DNA of 64,000 nt from contig CABMGO010000006.1 of the NCBI GenBank assembly GCA_902385655.1, positions 10,329 through 74,328 of the forward strand, read 5' to 3'. The translations under genes and the position numbers were made by a program. The stretch is from an uncultured archaeon (GTDB lineage Archaea; Nanobdellota; Nanobdellia; Pacearchaeales; GW2011-AR1). A model generated the notes under the pieces. The model did not search any database. It was not told where the DNA came from and saw only the letters and a list, made by a program, of their open reading frames with translations. Below, in pieces: positions 53,147 through 62,244 of this stretch; position 1 is the stretch's first letter, and each line of letters opens with the position of its first letter.

Positions 53147-54169
53147 TCATTTTAACTCCCTTTCATATTCTTTGGAAACCCTTTCCCAATCAAATTTCAC
53201 ACTATACTTTCTAGCTCCATCCCCCATCTTTTTTCTTCTAGTTTTGTCCATTTTCAATAAGGTAGCCTTTTCAACAAACTCTTCAAAGTTGTTTACAACA
53301 AATCCTGTTTTATTGTTGATAATAACCTCGGGAATAGATCCTTTGTTATACCCAATACTCGGTTTCCCGCACGCACCTGCCTCGACAAAAATTAAACCAA
53401 ATCCTTCCCATTCAGATGCTGAAACGAAAAATGAACAACTCTGATAATTTCTAACTAAATCTTCTCTCGAGACTCTGCCTAGAAATCCAACAGGAGCATT
53501 AATTCTTTCAGTCAAACTTTTTAACTTTTTCTCTTCTAAACCGTATCCGATAATTCTCAATGGAAAATTTATTTTTTTACTTAATTTTATCAGCTGGTCT
53601 ACTCTTTTATGTTTTTCAAGTCTCCCAACATAAAGCATATAGGCTCCGTCTTTCTTTATCGGCTTAAATTCTTCAGATACTCCGAGCAGGATAACTTTTA
53701 CTTTTCTGGCACCCATATTTTTGAGTTCTCCTGCCAAATAATTCGAGATAGTGATAATCTTATTTTCTCTCATGCCTCTTTGGAAATATTTAGAAGCCAG
53801 TTTTCTAAATATATTCTTTGTTGGTGGAGAGCCTAGCCATATATAATTTATTTTTTCATTTTTCCTAAACGCAGAAGATAATCCTCCATGAAATACTAGA
53901 ACTTTATCGAATGAAAATCTCTTATCTAGCTCCTTGAATTGATCTTGCAGAATTCTCATCTTTTTGAAGTATCCAAAGTCTGTAACTTTTCCTGTAAATA
54001 ACTTCTGAAGATTTAGTTTAACAAATTTAAAATTCTTCTCAGGAATGTTAGTCTCTCCTGCTAAAATAAAAACCTCATGCTTTTTTCCAAGCCTCTTCGC
54101 AAGCTCATACATCACTACATCTGCTCCTCTGCCCTGCAGAAATGTATCGTTTATAAAAGCAATTTTCAT
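53147..54169 (-). CDS. family 4 (GT-B) glycosyltransferase
   Basis: EGFGLIFVEAGACGKPSIG; ATG 54169 (track start 54193 is a TTG inside the leader hairpin). Confidence 0.8.
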   Translation of the reverse strand: MKIAFINDTFLQGRGADVVMYELAKRLGKKHEVFILAGETNIPEKNFKFVKLNLQKLFTGKVTDFGYFKKMRILQDQFKELDKRFSFDKVLVFHGGLSSAFRKNEKINYIWLGSPPTKNIFRKLASKYFQRGMRENKIITISNYLAGELKNMGARKVKVILLGVSEEFKPIKKDGAYMLYVGRLEKHKRVDQLIKLSKKINFPLRIIGYGLEEKKLKSLTERINAPVGFLGRVSREDLVRNYQSCSFFVSASEWEGFGLIFVEAGACGKPSIGYNKGSIPEVIINNKTGFVVNNFEEFVEKATLLKMDKTRRKKMGDGARKYSVKFDWERVSKEYERELK

Positions 54170-54264
54170 TTTGCGAATCTGCCTCCTTCGCAAGTTAGTG
54201 AGTTTACCGAACTAACGCTATCATTCTTGACGACTTTGAGCGAAGCGAATTTAATTGAAGTCAT
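54166..54264 (-). CDS. small ORF b (32 aa) in repeat unit a
   Basis: MTSIKFASLKVVKNDSVSSVNSLTCEGGRFAK; TGA overlaps GT4 ATG (ATGA). Confidence 0.3.
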   Translation of the reverse strand: MTSIKFASLKVVKNDSVSSVNSLTCEGGRFAK

Positions 54265-54359
54265 TTTGCGAATCTGTTCCCTTCGCAAGTTAACGAGCTA
54301 GTCGAGTTAACGCTATCTAATTTTACAACTGCGAATGCAATGAGTTTAGTGTTTGTCAT
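54261..54359 (-). CDS. small ORF c (32 aa) in repeat unit b
   Basis: MTNTKLIAFAVVKLDSVNSTSSLTCEGNRFAK; TGA overlaps the ATG of sORF b (ATGA). Confidence 0.3.
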   Translation of the reverse strand: MTNTKLIAFAVVKLDSVNSTSSLTCEGNRFAK

Positions 54360-54447
54360 TTTGCGAATCTGCCTCCTTCGCAAGATAGCGAAGAACTAAG
54401 CTATCGCTAACGTTCTTGAAAACTTTTGTTAAAAATAATGTTTTCAT
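54346..54447 (-). CDS. small ORF d (33 aa) in repeat unit c
   Basis: MKTLFLTKVFKNVSDSLVLRYLAKEADSQNDKH; starts 1 nt after AglB stop (TAA-A-ATG), overlaps sORF c by 14 nt. Confidence 0.25.
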   Translation of the reverse strand: MKTLFLTKVFKNVSDSLVLRYLAKEADSQNDKH

Positions 54448-54448
54448 T

Positions 54449-57163
54449 TTATGCGAATAGCTTGTCTTCAGATCCATAAATTCCATCCGTAGCCATGAAC
54501 TCGGAATGCGCTTCCGTTCCAATAGGATAATTTACCTTCCAGATCTTGACTGGGCCTCTAAACCCGTTGAAATAAATCATATCGCCAATATTCGCGCCCT
54601 GCTGTTTCAATGCCTTAACCACATAATCATCTTCAGAAACACTTTCCTGTAGTGTAGGGTACTTATTCAAAGGATCCCCCATCAAATACACTTGTGCAAA
54701 TAAGCTGTTGCTGACTCGAGGGGACAAGTAAATTCCTGCACCAACCGCGTTTATTGAAATCTGTCCTGTTGAAGACTGCGAAACTTCCGGCATTAATCTA
54801 AACGTGGAATCTATTCCTGATCTAAAGTCCATAATTTGACCATTGAAATAAACGTATCTAACCGGTATCCTATACTGGTTATTATTGTAAATATAAACTG
54901 CAGTAGGCTGGCCTATTACTGTTCCTGTTTTATTCATTGTGCCAATATTCACTATAACTCCTGCAATGTATGCCTTGTAACTTGCAATTCCATTTGTGTC
55001 GTAAGTTGGCCCAGGTATAAAACTTCCATTGTAGTTTATATCTTCATCAACAAAACTTCCTCCGGTGTAGACGAGGGTATTTCCTGTAGCTGTTTCTCTT
55101 GATTGGGTGTTATCTACTACCATTGCTGTTGGAGAAGAAAATCTATCCCAATTAAGATCACTTCCAATTTTTGAATATGCTCCATACTTGCCTAAGTCAG
55201 AAGGGTCGATAACTAGATAAGAAACATTATGGGTTTTCATAAAACTAAATGCCGTTTCTGGCTTAGGGGTAGTCAAAACATATCTTCCCATCATATAGTT
55301 CCAGTACACATTATAATTTCCACCGTCTAAAACCGTCGTTCTATTCCCAAGTAATTGTATCTGGTATCCATAATCCCACCAGTGTACAAAAATATCTGCT
55401 GGATTTGTATTATTTCTGACCCAAGACATTGCTAATTGCCACTGGTCGTTTGCTATTGGTCCCATTCCTGCAGCACCATATTTCGTTATCTGATAACTTC
55501 CAGAAGTATTTGCCAAGGGATTTCCGAATAAACTTATTAAAACTAAGATCAATGCAACTATTGCTGCTATTATTGAAACTGTTCTCAACGACGAGTCTTT
55601 TAATGATTTAGACTTCTCATAAAGTTGAATAATTGCATATGCAACTGCAAATGCGACAAATGTGTAAATAACAAATATAACTCTTACTGCCGATCTAGTA
55701 GACAAAAGCATCACAAACATCCAAGCGAACAAGAAAATATTTTTAGATTCAACATTAAATTTATCATTGAAATATAACCATCCAAAATATGCTGCAAAAA
55801 TTCCAAATGAAACGATATACGCCAACTGGCTAATTAGACTTGTTCCATTGAATATACTCGTTTCAGACGTTCTGCTAAACATCATTCCCAAAACTGCGAT
55901 TGTCCAAGATAAAATAAATCCGAATTTGTGCTTTCTAGACTTTATTCCTTTTGCAGTTTCAACTCCAATGAAAATCATTCCAATAACAAACAACCAAAAG
56001 ATTACTGGAGTATACTGAGAGATTAGATCAGATATATACGGTTGTTGGTAATATGCAACCGTCAAATTTACTCTTGCTAATCCAAAAGGAAATAAAATCT
56101 GAGTGTAGATTGCCTTTATCATTGTAAATGGATTTTTCCCAATAATAAATAATCCGACAAATCCTGCGATAATCGTAATCAGTAAAGAGTATAATAATCG
56201 ATATTTAGATTTTGCAAACTTCATTTTTCCTTCATATCTCAAAATAAGATAGTCAACTATAGAAAATACAAAAAATACCGAAGTTGCAATTCCATAATTA
56301 CTTATAAACTTCTGATACATTTCTGAAAAGTGATATCCAAAAGAAGGCATAAGAACTGTTGATGCTACTATCCAACAAAAAGTGAACACAATCATCTTTT
56401 GTTTTTTAGCAAGATCTTTTTCATCTACTCCAAATAAATAATATACTATCGAAGCAATAGGAAAGATCATAAAAACAAAGTTAGAAGCTCCACTCCAAGA
56501 CCAGAATGAAAACGCGAATGCAACTCCATTGCCTACCCCCCACAGAATTGTCTCTTTCCAACTCTTTCCGAATCTACTCAAGGAAATCGCAAAAACCAGC
56601 ATCGCTAAAAACATAAACGGCATACCTAACGACTCGTGGCTAGACACTCCTCCAGTCGTTCTACTTAAATAAGAGGTAGAATAGGCTAAGAGTGCGCTTG
56701 CAATTGTTGCTGCAACTTTAGAACTCGATAAATACCAGCATAATATAAAGAAGATAATTAATCCCAATGCAAAGGCTGCAACCGGATAAAGAACATCAAC
56801 TTGATCTAAAGTAATTGAAGAGCCGACAGCGTGTAATGTTTTATATGTCATAACCAACATTTTTGGAAGCATCTCTTGAGCGAAAGTTACATTCAGTCCC
56901 GGATTCCTCATCGTGTCTACTCCATTTATAGTTCCTTTTTCCAATAATGTCTGAGCAACTCTTAACTCATAACAAGCATCAGGGTCTGCAGGAATATATT
57001 TTCCCGTTGTAGAATCTTTCAGCAAGTCTAAGTTACCTAGCCTTAAAGAAGTTGAAGAAATTAAAATTATTAAAAAAATAAGAACTGTAATTCCTATTTG
57101 AAATTTTTTGTTAGACAATATTTCTTTACTTGTTTTCAAAATCTCTTTTGTTTTCTTATTCAT
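54449..57163 (-). CDS. aglB: archaeal oligosaccharyltransferase AglB (STT3 family)
   Basis: 904 aa, about 13 N-terminal TM helices, WWDYGY motif (HWWDYGYQI), large C-terminal soluble domain. Confidence 0.9.
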   Translation of the reverse strand: MNKKTKEILKTSKEILSNKKFQIGITVLIFLIILISSTSLRLGNLDLLKDSTTGKYIPADPDACYELRVAQTLLEKGTINGVDTMRNPGLNVTFAQEMLPKMLVMTYKTLHAVGSSITLDQVDVLYPVAAFALGLIIFFILCWYLSSSKVAATIASALLAYSTSYLSRTTGGVSSHESLGMPFMFLAMLVFAISLSRFGKSWKETILWGVGNGVAFAFSFWSWSGASNFVFMIFPIASIVYYLFGVDEKDLAKKQKMIVFTFCWIVASTVLMPSFGYHFSEMYQKFISNYGIATSVFFVFSIVDYLILRYEGKMKFAKSKYRLLYSLLITIIAGFVGLFIIGKNPFTMIKAIYTQILFPFGLARVNLTVAYYQQPYISDLISQYTPVIFWLFVIGMIFIGVETAKGIKSRKHKFGFILSWTIAVLGMMFSRTSETSIFNGTSLISQLAYIVSFGIFAAYFGWLYFNDKFNVESKNIFLFAWMFVMLLSTRSAVRVIFVIYTFVAFAVAYAIIQLYEKSKSLKDSSLRTVSIIAAIVALILVLISLFGNPLANTSGSYQITKYGAAGMGPIANDQWQLAMSWVRNNTNPADIFVHWWDYGYQIQLLGNRTTVLDGGNYNVYWNYMMGRYVLTTPKPETAFSFMKTHNVSYLVIDPSDLGKYGAYSKIGSDLNWDRFSSPTAMVVDNTQSRETATGNTLVYTGGSFVDEDINYNGSFIPGPTYDTNGIASYKAYIAGVIVNIGTMNKTGTVIGQPTAVYIYNNNQYRIPVRYVYFNGQIMDFRSGIDSTFRLMPEVSQSSTGQISINAVGAGIYLSPRVSNSLFAQVYLMGDPLNKYPTLQESVSEDDYVVKALKQQGANIGDMIYFNGFRGPVKIWKVNYPIGTEAHSEFMATDGIYGSEDKLFA

Positions 57164-57273
57164 TCAACAGATTCTCCAGATTTATTTTTGAAGGAATAAT
57201 GGAACAATCCTCTTGTTGCTTGATTCATGTTTATTCGATGAAAAACTCTTTTAAAAACCTTGTGAATTTAACA

Positions 57274-58281
57274 CTACAACATTAAAAATGCAAGCAATAT
57301 AAATATTATTTGTATGAGATGTATTAAGTAAACAACATCATTTTCATAAACTTTCTTTTTGAACTTTTTCAAGAACCAAATTGAAAAATGAGTTAGTCCA
57401 TAAATTTTCTTATAAGGTAGTTCTAAACTTCCATCTCTTTGAGGGATTCCAAATGACTGTTTTCTCGGTGGATGCATTCCTCCTCTAACTTTTAAAATCA
57501 TTTCAATAATGTAGGGGATAAAAATAATTAGTGCTATTTTTTGAAAGTTTCCTAAAATTGCCATAATTGCAATCATAGATCCAATCGCATAGGTAAAAAC
57601 ATCTCCCGGGAAGACTTTAGCTGGCGTCCTATTTAATAACCAAAATCCTGCAACTGCCGCAAGCATGCAGAGTCCTATCAAAGCTAACCAAGCAGAACTA
57701 GTCACAAATGCGACATAACTTAATGCTGCTAAGACTAATACTCCCTGCCCAGATTCAAGCCCATTAAATCCTGCAAGAAAATTAAATATTGTTGAAGTCG
57801 CCGCAATTCCTATTGGAATCAACAAAAGAGGATAAATTAAACCGAAGTTAACTGGGCCAAAAAAAGGAATAGAAATTGTGCTACTTCCTGCGTTGATTAC
57901 TACTAGCGGAATAGATGCTACCAAAGCTAATATCAGTCTAACTTTAGCAGATAAACCTCCTCTATGCCATCCTAGAAAGTCGTCTACTAGGCCAACTATA
58001 CCTAATAGGAGAATAACACTCAACATTGCAAAAATACTTACCTCAATAGAATCAACTTGTTTTATCACAAATGTTCTAATCGCTATATAAGACAAAACTC
58101 CTAGTGCAAATGCAATTACAACTACAATTCCTCCAGAAGCAGCAACATTTTTTGGCTTATCGAACTTGTTCATGTCTTCCCAGAGAAGCCCTATTTGTTT
58201 GCATTTCTTTATCCAAAATAATAATCCTACATAAGAAACTAAAAAACTAACAACTACTGAAATCCATAAAATCGAAACCAT
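57274..58281 (-). CDS. polyprenyl/dolichyl-phosphate GlcNAc-1-phosphate transferase (MraY/AglH/Alg7-like)
   Basis: 335 aa polytopic membrane protein with the GPT/MraY family pattern (VDDFLG, NFLAGFNGLESG, PGDVFTY). Confidence 0.75.
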   Translation of the reverse strand: MVSILWISVVVSFLVSYVGLLFWIKKCKQIGLLWEDMNKFDKPKNVAASGGIVVVIAFALGVLSYIAIRTFVIKQVDSIEVSIFAMLSVILLLGIVGLVDDFLGWHRGGLSAKVRLILALVASIPLVVINAGSSTISIPFFGPVNFGLIYPLLLIPIGIAATSTIFNFLAGFNGLESGQGVLVLAALSYVAFVTSSAWLALIGLCMLAAVAGFWLLNRTPAKVFPGDVFTYAIGSMIAIMAILGNFQKIALIIFIPYIIEMILKVRGGMHPPRKQSFGIPQRDGSLELPYKKIYGLTHFSIWFLKKFKKKVYENDVVYLIHLIQIIFILLAFLML

Positions 58282-58310
58282 CTATTTTTGTCGTTATTTA
58301 TGTTTATAAA

Positions 58311-58445
58311 TTATACTTCCTCTAAAAGTTTTTCTGCGCTTTGTATTTCTACCATTCCACCAGATTTGCTGCAATAGTTACATTTTGCAGGTCTGCTTTC
58401 TTTAGTAGCTTTGTAGCCACAGTAATTACACCTATATGTTCCCAT
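58311..58445 (-). CDS. small zinc-ribbon protein (44 aa), below the ORF-track cut-off
   Basis: MGTYRCNYCGYKATKESRPAKCNYCSKSGGMVEIQSAEKLLEEV: CxxC-x13-CxxC. Confidence 0.45.
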   Translation of the reverse strand: MGTYRCNYCGYKATKESRPAKCNYCSKSGGMVEIQSAEKLLEEV

Positions 58446-58493
58446 AATCTTAATTGTTTATTCTCCTTTAAAAGATTATTTATTCTAGACCAG

Positions 58494-59360
58494 TCAATTC
58501 ACGAAACCCATAATTTGAGGAGTTATATATACTTCGACTAGTGCAGAGAGAAATAAAATTACCAATGCAATAACAATTAACACAAGCGCATCTTGTAATA
58601 TACTCCATTTTCTCTCTCCTTCAAGATCGCCCCTAATTACTGCAACAGAAACAATTCCTCCTGCCAATGCAGAAACAAAATATGCTGCAATCTCTGGAAT
58701 TCCGTGGATCATATATCTTAGTAATCCTAAGGGCAAACTAGCTAATCCTGCTTTCGCAAACATTCCCACCGCAGTACCAATAACTGATGCATTCCATGCA
58801 AGAATAAAAATTGCTCCGGCACCAAGAGCTAAGGAAAAAACTAAAGTGAAAATTAGAACATTTACATTATTTGCAAAAATATTCCAAAATAGTCCTGGCT
58901 TAGTTACACTCCCCGTAATACTTTCTACTCCATTCTGATCCAAACAGTTTTGATAATTATTCGGGCTGTTTATCGAACAGAATACTTCTATTTGTGCATT
59001 AAAATTTTGAGGGGTTGCGTTTGGAAGAACCAAATACCAAAAAGAAAATCCAACTACCAATCCTAAAAATAGCCACATTAATGCTTTCAATGCTTTAGTA
59101 TGTTCTTTGATTAGCTCTCCTTCTTCGCTTATCTCAACATCTTTCCCTTCTTCTAATTTTATAATGTAATACATAAATGGCAAAGTACATAATACTGTAA
59201 AAGTTACAACGAGAATACCTCCATAATGGCCTAGCACTCCATCTTTTGAAAAAACAAATGAAACCAGGAGCAATGAAATTGAAGAATAAAGTAGACCTAT
59301 TAAAAACATCTCACTTGGTTTTCTCTCAGCTCTTTTTGGTTTGACGAACAATTCAATCAT
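58494..59360 (-). CDS. SpoIIM-like (DUF95) membrane protein
   Basis: Multiple TM helices, YMIHGIPEIAAYF motif; ATG 59360 with TTTATAAGC TATA-like box about 25 nt upstream, preceded by TTGCGAA. Confidence 0.6.
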   Translation of the reverse strand: MIELFVKPKRAERKPSEMFLIGLLYSSISLLLVSFVFSKDGVLGHYGGILVVTFTVLCTLPFMYYIIKLEEGKDVEISEEGELIKEHTKALKALMWLFLGLVVGFSFWYLVLPNATPQNFNAQIEVFCSINSPNNYQNCLDQNGVESITGSVTKPGLFWNIFANNVNVLIFTLVFSLALGAGAIFILAWNASVIGTAVGMFAKAGLASLPLGLLRYMIHGIPEIAAYFVSALAGGIVSVAVIRGDLEGERKWSILQDALVLIVIALVILFLSALVEVYITPQIMGFVN

Positions 59361-59432
59361 ATAATTAATTTGTAAGTTTTGCTTATAAACTCTTCGCAAT
59401 ATGTTTAAATATTAAAAAAACGACTATATTTT

Positions 59433-60251
59433 ATGGAGGAGATTAGGGGTGAGCAAGTTTTAGAGAAAATTAGAAACGTAAAGATTCAGGGGGCAAATGA
59501 AATTGCAAAAGCCGGAATAAATCTTTTCACAAAAAACCCTACAAAAGATTTTGCAAAAAAAATAATTTCCCTCCGACCGACAGAACCCTTATTACAAAAC
59601 TCTTTAGATATTTTAGTTAAGACAAGCAAAAAAAATAAAACCGCAAAAGATCTTTTAGATTATATTGAGAAATCAAAACTTGCAATCGCAAAAGCAGGTT
59701 CCCAGTTGATAAAACAAGACATGAATATTTTTTCTCACTGTCATTCAACAAGTGTAATTGAAATATTAAAATATGCAAAATTAAAGCAAAAGAAAAATTT
59801 TGTAGTTTATACTTTAGAAGTTGAGCCATTGTTACAAGGAAGGCAAACAGCAGAAGAACTTGCAAAAGCCGGAATAAAAGTTATAGTTTTTCCAGATCTG
59901 GCGGCTGAAGAAGCTTTGAGGCATTGTGACGTTTTTTTCTTTGGAGCTGATGCTTTTACAAAAAAAGGTGTGGCAAATAAACTTGGAACTGAATTGCTTT
60001 GCAGACTAGCGAGGGAATTAAACATCCCCAGATATTCCTGCGGGGTTTCTCTCAAATATACAAAAAAATTAAAAATAGAATACCGTTCTGGAAAAGAAGT
60101 TTGGGATGAAAGAAGCAAAAACATTCAAGTAATAAATCCTGCTTTTGATTTTACTAACAAAAAATATCTTTCAGGAGTAATCTCTGAATTTGGAATTTTA
60201 AAATTTGATGATTTTGTGAAGAAGGCTAAAAAGACCGTTAATAATTTCTAA
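59433..60251 (+). CDS. aIF-2B / ribose-1,5-bisphosphate isomerase family protein
   Basis: IQGANEIAKAG, FFGADAFTKKGVANKLGT pattern of the IF-2B family. Confidence 0.7.
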   Translation: MEEIRGEQVLEKIRNVKIQGANEIAKAGINLFTKNPTKDFAKKIISLRPTEPLLQNSLDILVKTSKKNKTAKDLLDYIEKSKLAIAKAGSQLIKQDMNIFSHCHSTSVIEILKYAKLKQKKNFVVYTLEVEPLLQGRQTAEELAKAGIKVIVFPDLAAEEALRHCDVFFFGADAFTKKGVANKLGTELLCRLARELNIPRYSCGVSLKYTKKLKIEYRSGKEVWDERSKNIQVINPAFDFTNKKYLSGVISEFGILKFDDFVKKAKKTVNNF

Positions 60252-60662
60252 TTACGCCATATCAAAAACTTTTCTATAAATCATACTGAATGCTATTGAT
60301 GAGACAATATAATACCATATCCAGTTACTCAATATAGGAGTATAAAGTCCTCTGAGCCATCCAAAAAATATTACAAAGGGAACTAATGTAACTAGCATAG
60401 GTTTGAATGAAGATCTCATCATAGTCATAGAAATTTGTAACATCTCACTCTGAAGTTCTTCAAACATTTTTTCTCCCGGTTTGTGATTCTTCAAATCTTT
60501 CTGAATCTGTTTCTGTCTTTCCTTCAATGACTTTAGATGTTCTTGATTTGTTAACCATTTTGTGATCAATGTAGAAACTAATGTTATTAATGCCGAAACA
60601 ATAACTATTGAAACTTTTGCATTTGCAGACATCCAATTAACCAATTGTGTTAAAAAATCCAT
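60252..60662 (-). CDS. DUF106 / EMC3-TMCO1-like membrane insertase (archaeal YidC-like)
   Basis: 136 aa, 3 TM with coiled-coil loop, canonical position downstream of secY. Confidence 0.65.
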   Translation of the reverse strand: MDFLTQLVNWMSANAKVSIVIVSALITLVSTLITKWLTNQEHLKSLKERQKQIQKDLKNHKPGEKMFEELQSEMLQISMTMMRSSFKPMLVTLVPFVIFFGWLRGLYTPILSNWIWYYIVSSIAFSMIYRKVFDMA

Positions 60663-60663
60663 T

Positions 60664-62028
60664 TTATAATCCGAACATTCCCCTCATTGCAGGGTTCATA
60701 TCGACCGCATGCTGTTGAGCAATATTTTGGTATAATTGATATAAGATCATGATTGCAAGTAAAACTGCTGTTCCTCCAACAAGTGCTCCCATTAAATCTG
60801 CAAAACTAGCAAGAAGACCTACTGCTGCTCCGCTCATGACTGTTAAAGGTGTAACATACCTATTCAAAATAGATTCTAATATTCTCTCATCTTTCCTAAA
60901 TCCTGGAATACTTAATCCAGAATGCAAAATATTTCTAGCCTGGTTCGAAGCGTCTTGTCCAGAAGTTTTCATCCAGAAATAAGAAAACATTATCGAGAAA
61001 CCAACATAGAAAATAATGTGCCCTACTGCCTGAACTGCGTAAATCCATCTGAAGCTACCAGTAACTAAATACTGGAGTAATGGTGTTGAGTGAATCCAAT
61101 ATGCAAAACCTGAAATTGGTTGTCCATTAGAAAATCCTCCTAAGAAAGTAGCATGTCCTACCGCATTTTCAACTAAAGAACCAATCAATTGAATATTTGC
61201 TGCAAGAGCAGAAACTAAAATAACTGGAAGAACTCCCGTATAGAAAAATTGTAGTGGCCATCTTATTCCATATCCTCTTATTCTATCAAATGATAGAGGT
61301 ATTTCTACTTTAAGAGACTGTGTCCAGACCACTGCTAAGAAAAGTGCAGCTGTAATTAAAATAGAGAATAATGCCAATGCAAAACCTGCCGAGTCTCCAG
61401 AGATTATAGACGAGAATAAAACCAAGAATTTACCGGAAGGTTCGAATCCTCCAGAAGTTCCTAAAAACTGAAATAACTGCGCAAATAATCTCCAACCGAT
61501 ACCTGCCGCGATGAAAAGAGAAGTTCCTGATCCAAATCCCCATTTCTGTACAACATCATCCATAAAAACAATTAATAAACCGCCAAGGAAAAGTTGTAAA
61601 ATAACTAGAAATTCGAATCCTGCCTTAGCTTCTAATCCTCTCATCATTACATAGATTATTGCTTCAAAAACAATGAATACTATCGTAAGTAATTTTTGTA
61701 CTGCTTGGAAATATTTTTTCCCTTCCGGGTCTTTCAAATCTATTCTGATTATTTGTGCTCCAACAAGAAGTTGTAAAATCATAGAAGCTAAAACAATGGG
61801 GCCGATACCTAAAGAAATAATCGAACCAAAATCCGTTCCAAGTAAGATCGCTAAATACTGGAATCTTGACAATGCCGCACTAGCCAAGCCATAAAGAGGA
61901 ATATTTGCTAGAACAAAAAAAGCAGTAAGCACAATTAAAGACCATTTAAGTTTAACACCAAAAGATAATTTTTTTTCCTCTGGTTTTTTTACTTCAGGCA
62001 AATTGTGCAATATATCCATGAAAGCCAT
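60664..62028 (-). CDS. secY: preprotein translocase subunit SecY
   Basis: 454 aa, 10 TM, archaeal SecY pattern; downstream of rpl30-rpl15. Confidence 0.9.
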   Translation of the reverse strand: MAFMDILHNLPEVKKPEEKKLSFGVKLKWSLIVLTAFFVLANIPLYGLASAALSRFQYLAILLGTDFGSIISLGIGPIVLASMILQLLVGAQIIRIDLKDPEGKKYFQAVQKLLTIVFIVFEAIIYVMMRGLEAKAGFEFLVILQLFLGGLLIVFMDDVVQKWGFGSGTSLFIAAGIGWRLFAQLFQFLGTSGGFEPSGKFLVLFSSIISGDSAGFALALFSILITAALFLAVVWTQSLKVEIPLSFDRIRGYGIRWPLQFFYTGVLPVILVSALAANIQLIGSLVENAVGHATFLGGFSNGQPISGFAYWIHSTPLLQYLVTGSFRWIYAVQAVGHIIFYVGFSIMFSYFWMKTSGQDASNQARNILHSGLSIPGFRKDERILESILNRYVTPLTVMSGAAVGLLASFADLMGALVGGTAVLLAIMILYQLYQNIAQQHAVDMNPAMRGMFGL

Positions 62029-62160
62029 TTTACCAAACTCTCCTAAAATTATTTAATTTGAGAGTTGGTAAGGCAAAAAATGCGAAGCATTGACTGCCGC
62101 TAACGGGTTTTTTCGATCGAGCCAACAGCTCGAAATCATTCGAAAAACGCCCTACTTTTA
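62029..62160 (-). repeat. structured intergenic module, copy R5 (directly upstream of secY ATG)
   Basis: Hairpin 1 62030-62042/62060-62071, hairpin 2 with AATGC-GAA-GCATT, CGCTAAC box, hairpin 3 62117-62133 inside TTTTTCGA/TCGAAAAA outer stem. Confidence 0.7.
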
Positions 62161-62188
62161 GTTGATTTATATTACTCACTTTAAACAT
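62030..62188 (-). CDS. small ORF (52 aa) spanning repeat R5; coding status doubtful
   Basis: MFKVSNINQLKVGRFSNDFELLARSKKPVSGSQCFAFFALPTLKLNNFRRVW; stop then A then secY ATG (TAA-A-ATG). Confidence 0.2.
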   Translation of the reverse strand: MFKVSNINQLKVGRFSNDFELLARSKKPVSGSQCFAFFALPTLKLNNFRRVW

Positions 62189-62244
62189 CTCTTAATAAAA
62201 GAAAATTCGTTTATAAACTTTACTTTAATTAAATACCGACGAGA

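Larger units (their letters stand above)
54170..54448 (-). repeat. structured intergenic module, three tandem units (R4a-c)
   Basis: Units 54170-54264, 54265-54359, 54360-54448; each has TTGCGAA-N9-TTCGCAA (54171-54193, 54266-54288, 54361-54383), a 5-bp variable hairpin and a CGCTA(T/A)C box. Confidence 0.8.

Noticed and set aside
54166-54448. Possible CRISPR array (regularly spaced repeats)
   Set aside because: Only three units are present, and the whole units of about 95 nt are homologous. There is no pattern of short repeats separated by unique spacers, and no cas genes occur in the window. It is interpreted as tandem copies of the structured leader module.
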